Assembly: GCA_050942695.1 (NCBI GenBank)
Contig: JBMNNU010000001.1
Span: 1 to 44,022 of the forward strand
Direction: 5' to 3'
Source of the DNA: Chloroflexota bacterium
GTDB lineage: Bacteria; Chloroflexota; UBA6077
Length of the DNA stretch: 44,022 nucleotides
The notes under the pieces were generated by a model. It was not told the origin of the DNA. It worked only from the letters and a program-made list of their open reading frames with translations, and did not search any database. A program made the translations under genes and the position numbers. The stretch's first letter is position 1. Every line of letters starts with the position of its first letter. Shown here one piece after another: positions 42,827 to 44,022 of this stretch.

Positions 42827-43957
42827 TCACTCGAGCTTCTTCTGGAAGCGCTTGGCGCTCAGCCCGAAGATGATGGTCGCAAAAACCGTCAACAACAGCA
42901 CCTCGAACCAGAGGTACTCCATACCGATGCCCTTGAGGGCTATGCCCCTCAATATCTTCAGAAAGTAGGTCAAGGGGATCAGATACCCCATGTAGTCCAG
43001 GATTGCCGGCATCGACTCCCTGGGAAACATGAACCCCGACAGCAGTATTGAAGGCAGGATCACCAGCACGGACATCTGGAGCGCCTCGGTCTGAGTCTTA
43101 GACACCGTGGAGATCAGCAGGCCGATCCCCAACGACCCCACCAGAAACACCACGGAGAGGACCAGCAGGAGGAGCAAACTCCCGGCGATCTCCACCTTGA
43201 ACCAGAGGGTGCCCACTGCGAGAGCCACGGAAACCTGGGCGAAGGCAATCAATACGTAGGGTGCAATCTTGCCAACCATTAGCTCCCAAGGCTTAATCGG
43301 GGTGACGATCAACTGCTCCAGGGTGCCCTTCTCACGCTCCCTGACGATGGCGAAGGCCGTGAGGATGACGGCCTGCATCTGCAGGATCAGGCCGATCAGC
43401 CCGGGGATCATGAAGTTCACGCTCTGCATGCTGGGGTTGTACAGGATGTTGGGCCGGATCTCGATGGGCATCTCGACGGATCTGCTGATGCCAGTCCGGG
43501 CTAAGCTGGCCTGTACCTCCGAGGCCGCCCGGGACTGCGCTATGCTGGTCGCGGTGAATAGCGCAGTGCTTGCCACGTTGGGATCGGAGCCGTCGATGAT
43601 CGCCTGGACGTAGGCCGGCTTTCCTGAGTCCAGGTTGCGGGAGAAGTCGGGCGGAATGATGAAAGCCACTTTGGCATCCCCACGGTCGATGGCATCCCGG
43701 GCCTCGTCGTGGCTGGAGACGTTTCCAACCACCGTGAAATACTCCGTGTTCGTGAAGGCGCGAAGAAAATCCCGGCTCCGCCCGTCCATCGCCTGGTTGA
43801 ACACCACCGTGGCGATATGGTCCACGTTCGTGGTGACGGCGTAGCCGAACAGCAGCAGTTGCAGGGCCGGCACCACCAGGATGATGGCCAGGCTGCGTGG
43901 GTCTCGCTTTACCTGGATGAACTCTTTTCGGATTATCGAGAGGATACGAGTGTTCAT
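42827..43957 (-). CDS. ABC-2-type transporter permease (YbhS/YbhR-like)
   Basis: MNTRILSIIRKEFIQVKRDPRSLAIILVVPALQLLLFGYA, a large extracytoplasmic loop, then 5 further TM segments. Confidence 0.88.
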   Translation of the reverse strand: MNTRILSIIRKEFIQVKRDPRSLAIILVVPALQLLLFGYAVTTNVDHIATVVFNQAMDGRSRDFLRAFTNTEYFTVVGNVSSHDEARDAIDRGDAKVAFIIPPDFSRNLDSGKPAYVQAIIDGSDPNVASTALFTATSIAQSRAASEVQASLARTGISRSVEMPIEIRPNILYNPSMQSVNFMIPGLIGLILQMQAVILTAFAIVREREKGTLEQLIVTPIKPWELMVGKIAPYVLIAFAQVSVALAVGTLWFKVEIAGSLLLLLVLSVVFLVGSLGIGLLISTVSKTQTEALQMSVLVILPSILLSGFMFPRESMPAILDYMGYLIPLTYFLKILRGIALKGIGMEYLWFEVLLLTVFATIIFGLSAKRFQKKLE

Positions 43958-43968
43958 ACGTTACCTCA

Positions 43969-44022
43969 GGTTCTGAGTGCTGGGTTCTGAGTTCTGGGAA
44001 TTCTTTTCTCAGAACTCAGAAC
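43969..44022. repeat. Inverted heptamer arrays (GGTTCTG/AGTGCTG family), truncated by the window edge
   Basis: ggttctg agtgctg ggttctg agttctg (43969-43996), an 11-13 nt loop, then (ct)cagaac tcagaac (44008/44010-44022), the inverted counterpart. The heptamers are the same as in the RND insertion. Confidence 0.7.

Overview
GC-rich bacterial chromosomal window with 34 protein-coding genes, one decayed gene fragment and no rRNA, tRNA or CRISPR that I can support. The Thr/Pro-rich secreted-protein linkers and the gene content suggest a Chloroflexota-like organism, but that is a guess. Left to right: a large secreted beta-propeller surface protein (truncated at the edge), dnaN-recF, tatA and a DUF151 nuclease. 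Next is a sugar-oxidoreductase cluster (beta-propeller GH-like, Gfo/Idh/MocA, xylose-isomerase-like TIM barrel, Gfo/Idh/MocA). It is followed by a NitT/TauT-type ABC importer with two tandem binding proteins and a TPP-dependent enzyme. Convergent to these are a tungsten-type aldehyde:ferredoxin oxidoreductase with a MoaD-like gene, and a GntR-PFK-NagB-like-amidohydrolase operon. Then come HU, an unknown 233-aa protein and a crotonase. The right ~18 kb is an efflux island: RND pump plus adaptor, MacB-type ABC, MFS, a second giant adaptor, and two ABC-2 ATPases and a permease with a nested PadR-EmrA-EmrB cassette. I found no clear novel multi-gene system. The most unusual signals are three. (1) A composite repeat of heptamer arrays plus a GC-hairpin core sits in frame inside both recF and the RND pump, with related copies in intergenic DNA. 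(2) Two distant loci share an identical promoter-plus-17-nt-operator architecture, which points to a GntR regulon. (3) The membrane-fusion proteins are extreme: two with roughly 330-aa coiled coils and one with none. All functional calls come from reading the translations by eye. No database search was run.
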